Shown: piece after piece, positions 53,356 to 64,000 of the stretch
How the letters are laid out: every line of letters begins with the position of its first letter
Position numbering within the stretch: the stretch's first letter is position 1
Source: the human T2T-CHM13v2.0 reference genome, Homo sapiens
Assembly (NCBI RefSeq): GCF_009914755.1
Contig: NC_060942.1
Direction: 5' to 3' (one strand)
Length of the DNA: 64,000 bases
Notes under the pieces: generated by a model
The model's database searches: none
Told to the model about the DNA's origin: nothing
The model's input: the letters and a program-made list of their open reading frames with translations, nothing else
Program-made: the position numbers and the translations under genes

Positions 53356-54046
53356 TCTCCCATGGTGCTTTACTGTCTTGCAAGGATTTAGGCGGCTGCT
53401 GTTGGGAACCAATTCCCACCCCTCATTCTCACTCATCCTCTCTGGTTTTTTCTTCATTCTCCAAGCAGACCCACCTCACACAATAAACTGAATGACTTAT
53501 CATTTGGGGATCTGACCAACAGACACCCACTTCTACTGATATTGGGCACCTACTTGTGCCAAGTGCTAGGGATGCCAAGATGAGGAAGATAGGCTCCTTC
53601 CCTGGGGATTTCATGCACGAGTAAGGAGCCAAGAGGCAGCAATGGCACAGTGTGCTGGGAGGACACTGGGCCCAGGGGAGGGAGTGGCGTTACTTACAGG
53701 AGGCAGTGCAGAACAGGGGACTTCTCATTCCCTCTTCTCTTCTCCCGGATATCCCCTTTCCTTCTTACCAGCAGACCTGCGAACCCATGGGTTCCTCCAA
53801 CTTGAGGGGCAAAGTGTACCTTTTCTGTGCTCCCCACAGAAAGCCCCGTGACTTTCTTTTCTCTTTTCCTCTGGCACCTCTTTTTGGTGGCCTTCTGTAT
53901 TTTTTCTCACTCTTTTGTGGCCAGTGTTCATTGCTGTCCTGTTCTGATGCTCTGATACTGAGTACCAGGGCAGCTCTGGCTAGAACCACCTCTTAGCATC
54001 GCCAGATGAGTCAAACTGTAAACCAGGAAACTTTAGCTGAAGTGGG

Positions 54047-54552
54047 TGTATTAGTAAGCATTCTCCTGAGAAACAGAACCAATCGTGTGTGTGTGTGTGT
54101 GTGCATGTGTGTGTGGTATGTGTGTGTGTGTGTGCATGTGTATGTGGTGTGTGTGTGTGTGCATTTGTATGTGGTGTGTGTGTGTGTGTGCATGTGTATG
54201 TGGTATGTGTGTGTGTGTGTATTTATTTTCAGGAATTGGCTCATGCAATTATGGAGATTGAGTAGTCCCAAGATCTGCACTTGGCAAACTACAGACCCAG
54301 GAGAGCAGACTTTGTAAGTTCCAGTGTGAAAGCCAGCAGGCTCGAGACCCATGAAGAGCCAATGTTTCAGTCCAAGCCTGAAGGCTGGAAAAGGTCAGTA
54401 TCCCAGCTCACACAGGCAGCTGAGGTTCCCTCTTACCCAGCCTTTCTCTTCTGTTCAGGTCTTCAGTTGATTGAATGAGGCACACCTACAGTAGGGAGGG
54501 CAACCTGCTTTTCCCAGAATTTACTTATGGAAACGTTAATCTCCTCCAGAAA
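54047..54552 (-). mobile_element. MLT2 (ERVL) LTR carrying a compound (TG)n microsatellite (54086-54220)
   Basis: TGTATTAGT...AGAAACAGAACCAAT...(TG)n...GGAATTGGCTCATGCAATTATGGAG...TCCCAAGATCTGCA...TTCAGGTCTTCAGTTGATTG...GTTAATCTCCTCCAGAAA. Confidence 0.88.
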
Positions 54553-55899
54553 TAGTCCTTGAATGCTCTGCCCCTTTGGGGTTGCTGGAGTAATAGGCAT
54601 TTCTCAGTGTCACACGTGGCTTTCATGATTCAGTGGCAAGAAAAGTAGGCAAGGAATTCAGGAGGTTGGTTTGAATCTTAACTCTGACACCTTCCCTCCC
54701 CAGCTGGAAAACTCTAGGACTCTCCTGTGCTCCCATTAAACTTTCCTCGTTGGAGAGAGAAGTAGAAAATGCAGCCTCCCACATGCCAGGGAGAGGGAGT
54801 GGTCTCCTGAAGGGGAGGGGAGGTTGAATTTCTGGGATGTAATGTCAGAAAATCCCCTGTTGTCACAGATCTAAGGCTGCATCTTCCAGTCTGGCAATGA
54901 TGAAGCCCATTCTCCCTCTGCTGGGCTCAGCTGCTTCTGAGTCATCTGTCTCAGAAGAGAAGTATTATTTATTGACCTCTAAAATCTCGTTAGGAGTCAC
55001 TTCCTAAGTAAAGCAGAGGACAAGAGCCAAACCCTTTCAAAGTAGTGTTACTCATAGTGAATTTACAAATCACCCCCATTTCACAGATAAAGAAACTGAG
55101 ACCCAGTTGGGGAAAATAAATAATTGGCTCAATATTCCCAACAGCCCTCTGGAATTGGCATTACTTTCCGATTTTACCAATGCAAAGCCAGTAAGAGGAA
55201 GCGCATACCACAGTTGGTGGCACAGCTGAGATTTGAACAGGCCTCTGGAATCCTTTGCGTACTTTTCTTTCTTTCTGTCACGCTGTGGGAGCCACATGTG
55301 TAAGCTATATGAAAAAGAGAAGGAGGAGGATGAAGAGGAGATAGGGGGAAGGAGGAGGGGGAACAAAACAGGAATCCAAACCTTAGGCTAAAGGAAGGAC
55401 TCTCAGATGATAACCCTGATGGCAGGTGGGGGTGGAGAACAATCTGAAACCCCAGAAATAATTCCACATTTCAACCTGTAAGTAAAGTGGGCGTTAGACC
55501 CTCTCTTCCCTTTCTTTTCCCTTCTCCTTTTCTTCCTCTGGGAGACACTGTCTGTTGCCTTTCCAGCAGCTATTCTATTTCATCCGTGCTAAAAAAAAAA
55601 AAATCCATTTCATACCTGCTTAAAAAAAAAAGGTATTCCAATATGGGAGTGGTCATTGTCCAGATAATGGTTGGAGCTGTGGGCTTGGAGAGGATTACTC
55701 GGGGAAAGGGCTGAACAGTGTGAAGAGGTGGCACCCAGATGACAAGAAATTAAGATTTGATGGAAGCTGAAAAATTGCAGGTGTGAAAAATATTTCCCCT
55801 GACAGAAAAAAGTGATTTTTGGCACTAGATGGAGAAGGTGCTGGGAAAGGTATTTTCAAACTGGAAGCCCACTGAGCATGCTTTGGGATTATAACAGTA

Positions 55900-56100
55900 A
55901 CTAAAGCAGCTCACATTGGCCATTTGATGTCCCTAGTCTAAGTGTTTTATAGGGAGTATTTCATTTCTTCCTAAAAACTGTGTGAAGCAGGTGCTATTAT
56001 TCCAGTTTTCAGAAGTGGAAATGGAGGCTCTGAGAGTTTAATAGCCTGCCCAGCTACTAAGCAATAGAGCAGGGTTTAAATCTGTGCAGTGTGACTCTAC
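55900..56100 (-). mobile_element. MIR
   Basis: CTGTGTGAAGCAGGTGCTATTATTCCAGTTTTCAGAAGTGGAAATGGAGGCTCTGAGAG. Confidence 0.65.
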
Positions 56101-56799
56101 AGAAGGGGAAAGAGCAAGTAGGGAGGGAGAGATGGCAAGTACTAGAGAGCTTGGGGATGATTGATCTAGCAAAGTTCTGGAAGAGATGGAAAGGGATGGG
56201 ATCAATAGTCCAGGTGGAGGGATGCACCTTGGCAAAGTAAAAGAATATGTCTTCCTTTGAGACAGGAGGGCGGATGAAAGGATGGATGATAATAATTCAC
56301 GGAGTCTCTGGGGCGGAGGGAAGAAAGTCAAGGCAGTGCATATTACATGACCTTGGTCTTCACAGGAAAGTCGTGAGCAACCCACATAAGTAAAGCTGTC
56401 CTCTTTCTCACTTCCTCTTTTTTCTTTCTTGCCCAACCCCTCTTCTTGCTTTAACACAGAAGAAACAACCCAGGTTATACTCTTTCATCTAAACTGGACA
56501 TTTATTTGTAAATGAGGGATTGGGCTGTTGTTGAATAAACAGGGGATAAGTTAAAAGAGATTGCTTGAAGAAGGATTCTGGGAGTTAACAATGGCTGTGG
56601 ACATGTGAAGGAATAGAAGAGGTAAGCACTGTTTTGATTTTATTACCAGGATTGAGGTGGAATGCAAATCTCGGTGAGCCATGAGAGGTGAGTTGCACTG
56701 CTCCCGAGGAGAAGGGAAACAGTAACGTGGAGTCCACGAGCTTGGGGTCTGGAGCTAGAGGAGACTTTTGTTGTGGATGGATTGGAAAGCAGAGATCTT

Positions 56800-57375
56800 T
56801 TTAAACTTAGCTTTAAAAAAATCAAATTAATGTATGGTGATGACAAAAACTTGGAAAGTACTGAAATGTAGGAAAAGGAGAGAAAAACCACTTCAGAAAA
56901 TTATGATTGATATTTTGTGATTTTTCTTTTAGTGTCTTTTCTATGCATTAAAAGTTGAAATTCCACCACGTCAAGCTTTTACTGTATAATTGTATTACAA
57001 GGATTTTCCCCATGTTATTACAAACTTCTATTAAACATATATATTAAAAATAGGGATAAGTAATTAAAATTACTGGTATTTAATTTGGTCACATGTTTCC
57101 TCTATGTAAACCTGCTTCTTAATTGCTGTCGAGCAATCCTTCATATGGATCCACTGTGTTTATTTAGCTATTCCCCTAATGATGGACAGCAGGTTGTTTC
57201 TGGTGATTTTCTTTGGTGTTAATGGCCTGAGGAACATCTTCATGCACAGACCTTTGCTTGCAGTTTGATTATTTCCTTAAGATAGGTAATTAGAAGCAAA
57301 ATCACTGGGGTGAAAAGTGTGACTACTTTAAAGATTGCTTTCTAGAAGGATTGCTTGTGTCCATTTACATCCCAC
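56800..57375 (-). mobile_element. L1ME4-like 3' fragment
   Basis: TTTTCCCCATGT...TTCCCCTAATGATGGACAGCAGGTTGTTTC...TGATTATTTCCTTAAGATAG...ATTTACATCCCACC. Confidence 0.6.
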
Positions 57376-57778
57376 CCACAGGGGCAGGCAGAGAGTGCAA
57401 GCCTCAGGAGGGCCCAGATTCTGGGAGGTCAGGGTCAGGAAGGACAGCCCAGCAGGCTCATTGGGACTGTGAACTTGGAACCTGTGCAGAGGCTATTTGC
57501 TGGTTGTTCTGCTCTGGTTATGAGGGGCTCTCTATCAGGTGTTTGTTCTGAGCACAAGGTTAGAGACCCATGGTGAGTCCTGCCCCAGCTGGAAGTCAAA
57601 ACAGGGGTGCTGGGGCTGTGTTTGCAAGTCTAAACATGGGGTGGGGGTGGGGGAGTGGCAAACCGAGAAAGCCACCTCACCCTGACAAATGTACCATCAC
57701 TGTAGCAGCTCTTTCTTCCATAGTCATAAACCTGAAAAATCTAATGAATTCGAGGAAGCCTGTCCCTCCCTGGACACA

Positions 57779-57779
<1 letters not shown>

Positions 57780-57823
<44 letters not shown>
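57780..57823. repeat. (CA)n microsatellite
   Basis: About 21 uninterrupted CA units. Confidence 0.97.
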
Positions 57824-57827
<4 letters not shown>

Positions 57828-58144
57828 CGATTTCAAGGGACTCATTGATCCACAGGGGTCTCAGGGTTGATGAACACTGTTAAGAACATCGGCTTTAGAG
57901 ACCATTAGCAGTTGGGGCCTTCTTTCCAGATAGCTTAGCACCTTGGGGACCCTTTTACATACTAGAAATTTCAAGCCACATTCAGGATAACTGTAAGGGC
58001 CAGAGTCTGGCCTTTTCAGACAAAACTCCTGCATCAATAACTTCTTAAAGCCTATTGGGGGAAAAACTCTAATTCTCAATAGTAGGGGTTAGACAAGGTG
58101 TCTGGATGGCTTAACAAGCTGGGAGAGAGTTCATGGGAGAGAAA

Positions 58145-58360
58145 ACATACACACATTCACACACATATATTCCCAGAGACACACAGACTCTCGCACAGGT
58201 ACACACACTCTCACATGCATCATTCTCTCATACCTAGACACACACACACTCACACACATATATATTCCTAGAGACACACATGCTTTGACATACAAGCACA
58301 CATACATATGTCCCTTCTCACATGCACACATGCATACACGTGTGTGCACACACACACACA
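58145..58360. repeat. Degenerate CA-rich low-complexity tract
   Basis: CACA/CATA runs with a recurring CACACATATATTCC(C/T)AGAGACACAC motif (~58161 and ~58253). Confidence 0.8.
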
Positions 58361-58860
58361 GCCCTAGGACCCAGTCCTCTACTGCCTCAGGCTCAGTCCT
58401 GGGACCTTCCCTTTTCTCCTTCACTTGGTGTTGGCCTAGATCCTCCTCCCACTCTCTTTTTCTCCCACCCAATGGTAAATATACTCACCTGACTTCGAGC
58501 GAATATAAAAGTACAGGAGGAAAGTGGTAGATAAATTTAACAAGCATTAAAGTTAATATATAATTTAAATATGTATAAAATTATTCCATGTATCGATTAG
58601 AAAATGGGCTGTTGACCATTTCAAGGCAACAATCAATTTCAGAGTTCACAGGTCAGGTCAAGTTTCTTTCTAATGATCTAAGAAAGAAGGCAGCATTAGA
58701 GGGATAATGAACTCCAAGACTTACAGATGCGATCTATGGCTAGTGGCCACCCAGCGGCAGCCCGGGCTGGCTGCAGAGGGAGTTATCCCATAGGTCTGTG
58801 TAAAAGCCTGGCTGGGTAACAGCCCATGATGTAATCAAGGCAGTCTCTGGGATGACTGGC

Positions 58861-58904
<44 letters not shown>

Positions 58905-59968
58905 AAAGACCAAGTGATTGTCGAAGCTCTTGGTTGTCAATGGGCAGCTGTGGTGGAACCCCATTAATGTGGTTTGTGCAGAGAGCTTCTCCTTTTCTGG
59001 GAAGTGGAAACAGGCCCAGCCAGCACTGTTAATCACCTGGCCTGAAAGGGAGCTGGGCAGGCTTAGAGGAGGGTGCAGACCAAGGGGACGTGACCTCACT
59101 GCTGGTCTGTTCCAGGGGCTTGGCCACATACAACTTGTTAACAAGCAGGGATCCCCCAAATCACTGGGTGGTTCTGCAGCTGAAAGCAGAAAACTTTGCC
59201 CATGGGTATCCCTGGGTCTCTTTGTAGAACTGAGAGAGACCAAGGTTTGGGGGGAGGGGCAGTAGAAGGGGTAGAATGGGACATTTGGCTCAGAGAAAGT
59301 GTAAAGTGAAGGTGTGTTGAGTCGCTAAGGATGGCCCCCACATAACCTCAAATTCTCTTCCTACACTGGGAGTGCATGGGGAACCAACCTGGCTCCTGGC
59401 CTGGAACCAGATTGGGAACCGGATCGGGAAGTGGATCTGCCTTCTGATCACTTCCACCTTATGACCAAATGGCCAACAGACTCCAAAGGCCAGAGACACC
59501 AGGTCCCAGAGTTTCCATTTTTCATCCTGAGAGGAAAAAGGCTTTGAGATTTTTTGACCTAGTGAGGTATGTTAAAAAATGTCCACTCAACTCAGTACAC
59601 CAGAGTTGGTTCAGTCCCTGTTATTATTTGAGGGGCAATGGAGAAGGGAGTCCCATCCTCAAAATAACCTCTCAGGTGGCCTGTTCTTGGTGACTAAAAG
59701 TCCACCCTTTGAGACACATTCATTTCATGAAGCTTCACATTCTCTTTCTTTTAAGATCTAAATATGCCCTGCAGGTGAGTGGTCTACCAGTTCAGTGTCG
59801 GTGGTTAATCTGGTGATAAGTGGTCCGGAAAAGGAGGGAGAAATGACAGATTAGCTGGCTTCTATTCCTTGGTGTGGACAGGGGCCGCTCTTCAAACTTG
59901 AGGGTCCGTTGAGGGGTTTGCACTGGCCCTGAGCCTCTGGCAAAGTTCCTCTGGGAATGAGTGAGGGA

Positions 59969-60826
59969 AGTGGAGAGGGAGAAAGGAGGAAAGAGAGAGA
60001 AAGAGGGAGAGGAAAGGAGGGGAGAGGTAAGAAAAGGGAGCTGCCCCTAAATTGCCTTGACCATTCTCAAACCTCCACGCCTCTGTGCATGCTGTTCCCA
60101 GGCCCATCCTTCTGCCCCATTTCCCTGCTGTCCATTTAGAAAACTCCTGGTCTTTCAGGCCTTCCCTCTGCTGTGGAGGGGTTCCCAAGTGTTCCCTCCA
60201 CACCCCCCAGCATTAACAATCCACTCTCTACACTCCCACAGTGCCCTGTACATGGATGTACCAGACTAAACTGTACCAATGAGTTTGTTCCACTCCATAC
60301 TTGGTTGGAAGGAAGAACCTGTCTTTTCACCTTGGTGCCTCTGGTATGCTCAGTATATGGGTTCCCCAAGAAAGGTGCTTAAGTGTTGAATTGAATGCAA
60401 GTGGACAGCCAGATGCTGGGCTCATTCCATTCCATGGATGCCCAGCCAGACCTGGGTGAGCAGATCACACCCAGGGAGGCCAGAATTGAGGGGAGTTTCT
60501 GAGAGAGAGTGAAGGAAGGGGCTGGGCTGTTCCTAGAAGGCCATGGCCGAGGCCCTGTGGGGGTGCAGAGAAGGGATTGTTAGTGCTGGGGGGTGGAGGG
60601 AACATTCAGGAACACCTCCACAGCAGAGAAGACGCCTGAAAGAAGACCAGGAGTTTTCTAAACAGACAGGGAAATGTGGCAGCAGGAAGGGCCCAGAACA
60701 GATATGGAAAGGCATGGAAATATGAAAGTGGCCAGGGCAGTTTGGGGGTGGCTCCCTTTTCCTACCTCTCCCCTCCTTTCCTCTCCCCATTTCTCCCTCC
60801 CTTCTCCCTTCTTCTCCTTCTCCACT
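59969..60826. repeat. Inverted duplication: ~276-bp arms (59969-60245 and 60551-60826) with a ~305-bp spacer
   Basis: The reverse complement of the right arm aligns colinearly with the left arm, e.g. GGGAGAGGAAAGGAGGGGAGAGGTA(A/G)GAAAAGGGAGC and TTTAGAAAACTCCTGGTCTT. Opposite-strand ORFs give near-identical peptides (WREH.GTPPQQR, PFSYLSPPFLS). Confidence 0.95.
60060..60396 (+). mobile_element. L2 3' fragment (partly inside the left arm of the inverted duplication)
   Basis: CCTCCACGCCTCTGTGCATGCTGTTCCC...CCTGTCTTTTCACC...GGTGCTTAAGTGTTGAATTGAATG. Confidence 0.6.
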
Positions 60827-62748
60827 GGCTGTTTCTAGAAGGCCAGGCCCATCTCTCTGCAAGCATTTTCTGAAGGATGGAATGAGGCTATAAACACCAA
60901 GGTGAGTTTTATTGGGGAAGAAGAACATAAAAGAACAGCCCTTGGTGTGTGGGGCAGAAGGAGGGGCCATCTCTCCTCTTCTATCCTGAGGACTGCAGCA
61001 GGGATGGCAGGGCTAAGTTTACAGGCTTGTTGGATATCGCGATGTCTAGAGGATTCCCAGCTTTCCCCCTTGTTCCACTTGGCAAAGCCTCCTTCCACCT
61101 CTCGCTGTCCTCTTTAGCTGCTGCCCTGCATGTGGGCCCAAGAGGCCTCAGCATTTCAGGCTCTTGCCATAAGGGGCAACTCTGACCCTGGAATGCACAC
61201 CTAGTTCAGTCCCTACAAGACAGGCCCAATAGCATACGGAGGGAAGTGTGGGGAGACAAGGAAGTTTCTGATATTGAAAATGCTAGAAGTCAACATCCCC
61301 TAGGAAGGCCATTTGGAAACAGTGGTTACAGAAGATGTGATATCAGGACACCATGGAGGAACGGGTTGTCAAAGTTCTGTGGAGAGCGGCACCCTTGTCC
61401 TGGTCTTTCTCCCAGGCTTGCCACCCCTCCGAGTTCAGCTGCATTGGAGGCTGTTGATGGCACCCCTCCTTCCAGCACTGCTAGGGAGACGTGCTCAGTG
61501 CTAAATGATGACTATGTACCCCCTGCAGTGGTGGGCAAGGCAGATGCCAAGTGGCTTGGATTGACTTTGGTCATCATCACGGGAGGTGTAAAGAACAACC
61601 ACACAAACAGGTCTGTAACAATGTCCTCTTTCTTCCCTTCATTAATCTCGTGAGGAGGAGGGAGGAAGAGAGCGAGTGCAGCTATGCAATGTACATACAT
61701 TACTGAATTAACCAGGAATGTAATTAGCGCTCAGGTGCTCAGCAGAGGAAGAACCACTCACGATTAGTCAAATTTTGCTTGAATGTCCTGAAGTTGGGGG
61801 AGCTGCCTTGGTGTCCCCCACTCTCCAGCACCCCCTCCCTGCTTCCCCTCTCTCATGTTCATGGAATGTGATGTTTGGGGCATTTGCAGATGTTTATGGA
61901 AATTTATGTGACTGTTCCTAATGTCATAAATCATATTCTGACAAGAAAAGTCCATGATCCCGGTAGTAAGATATCAAGGAGCCTGTTGTGGAAGCAGTTG
62001 GCCTCCTCTCTATTTCAGAATCTTACAGGAATGAGATGGAGATGAACGCTGTTATTAATTAAATGTTAATTGGGCCTTGGTTATAAAGCCATCTTTGCAG
62101 TCTGTGTGAGGCATTTGTCTACAAGGTGATGCTGTGTTACAAGTACGGTAAGAAAACTATGAGCTCTCAGATGTGAGGCCTAAAGATGAGGTTCTGGCCT
62201 TGGTCTTTCTCTCAGCCTTAACTCCTACAACTTCTTGGTAAAAATTGTCCTGACAAACAAAACAATTTGCCATCTGAGAGCATAGCTTGCCTTTTTTGGC
62301 CATCCCTGTCATTACTCTGTTTTTGAAATACTCCTGCTCACCAGCCCAGTTCACAAGTCCAGTTCAAAGCTCATCTCTGCCATGAGGCCTTCTCTACCAA
62401 GTGCTTTTGTGGAAGGAACTCCAGGAACCTGGAGGGTAAGACTTCACCTTCCCAGTCACAAAATGGGGTGGACTTTATTGCCTCCACTGCCAGGCCAGTT
62501 TTACTCTAGGTCAGCATAGCGGTACCACTGGAACCACCAGCCAGGGAAAGGCCATCTGGGAAGTTACGCATGAGGAAAGGAATGGGAACAAATGGGGATG
62601 GGAAAGGCAAGGCTTAGGGTTGGCCTACAGTTTCTAGGCCAGCATACAACTTTGCCAGCTTCAGACATTTGAACTTGAATTAGAACTATAGGTGTGTTGC
62701 CTTGAAAAGATGGCAGCTGGTGACAACAGGCTTATTTCTAGAGCATAG

Positions 62749-63085
<337 letters not shown>

Positions 63086-63422
63086 CTGGCATGCATTTTT
63101 ATATGTTCACCTCTAAGGGATTTCATATGCTTTTATGTGTGTTTGGCCTATCTCCCTATTGAAATTATTCAGAGTTGGGGTTCTGTAAGCTTCATGGGTT
63201 TGGTCCAGAATGCTGGTGTTCAGAATTTTTTGTGTATTGACATGGATTCTGCATGCCATGCTATTCCAGCTCAGTCTTCTCTCTTTCAGCCTGCTCTGAG
63301 GTTAGGGCTAGAAGCAAGAAGTGATTAGACAGCATCAGTGATGCAAGATGACCTCACCCTATGCAAAATAATGCCATGCATACCCTACCATATCTGTGTC
63401 TTTTTAGAAGTATCTGGTTTTA

Positions 63423-63713
63423 TTTTTGTTTTTTCAGAGGCAGGGTCTCATTCTGTTACCCAGGCTGGAGTGCAGTGGCACAATCATGGCTTAATGTAGG
63501 CTTGATCTCCTGGGCTCAACTGATCCTTCCACCTCAGCCTCCTGAGTAGCTGGGACTGTAGGCACATACCATCACACCCGGCTAATTTTTTTTTTTTTGA
63601 TGGGGTTTCGCCATGTTGCCCAGGCCGATCTTGAACTCCCGGGTTCAAGAGATCCTCCTGTCTTGGCCTCCCAAAGTGCTGGAATTACGGGCTGTGGGCC
63701 ACCACATCTGGGC
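63423..63713 (-). mobile_element. AluJ
   Basis: J-type antisense Alu. 18-bp TSD TAGAAGTA(T/C)CTGGTTTTA at 63405-63422 and 63714-63731. Confidence 0.93.
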
Positions 63714-64000
63714 TAGAAGTACCTGGTTTTAGAGCAGTTTAATTTCACTTTTTCCTGAGACCCTGGTATTTGAATCCTATCAGAAAATTTCAGTGAGTTT
63801 TATGATGCAGAGTCTTCCCCTATCCCTATTTTCTCAGTTATAACTGGCAGCTTCTATTCTATTTTGCTTTTATGCAATACCATACCAACAGAGTTTCAGG
63901 GCACCTTAGGATAAGCCATGTCTCTAAGCCTCATGTCTCTGAGCAGTGTGTGCCAAAAGTTTATTGTTTGGGTACTCATTGATGGCCCTGGTCTCCCATT

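Overview
This is primate (human-like) non-coding genomic DNA. I found no protein-coding exon, RNA gene, CpG island or CRISPR-type array that I can support, and no previously undescribed biological system. The window is a mosaic of interspersed repeats: 12 Alus (J/S/Y types, most with visible TSDs), several old L1 pieces (one 5'-inverted by twin priming), a full-length Tigger2 DNA transposon with perfect 20-bp TIRs, solo MaLR/ERVL LTRs (THE1, MST, MLT1, MLT2), L2, MIR and MER elements. It also holds a ~2.37-kb minisatellite of about 57 x 42-bp units (36693-39063), which produces all the long ORFs in the track. The features least explained by standard annotation are that VNTR (polar variant pattern, tandem RUNX/KLF/NFAT-like motifs) and several local self-copying events: a ~276-bp inverted duplication (59969-60826), a ~38-bp templated inversion inside Tigger2, an ~88-bp displaced duplication, a 46-bp tandem duplication and a quasi-palindrome in an L1. 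Several repeat-free, homeodomain-motif-rich islands may be enhancers. Repeat subfamily names are from recalled consensus sequences, not a database search, and boundaries of the old repeats are approximate.
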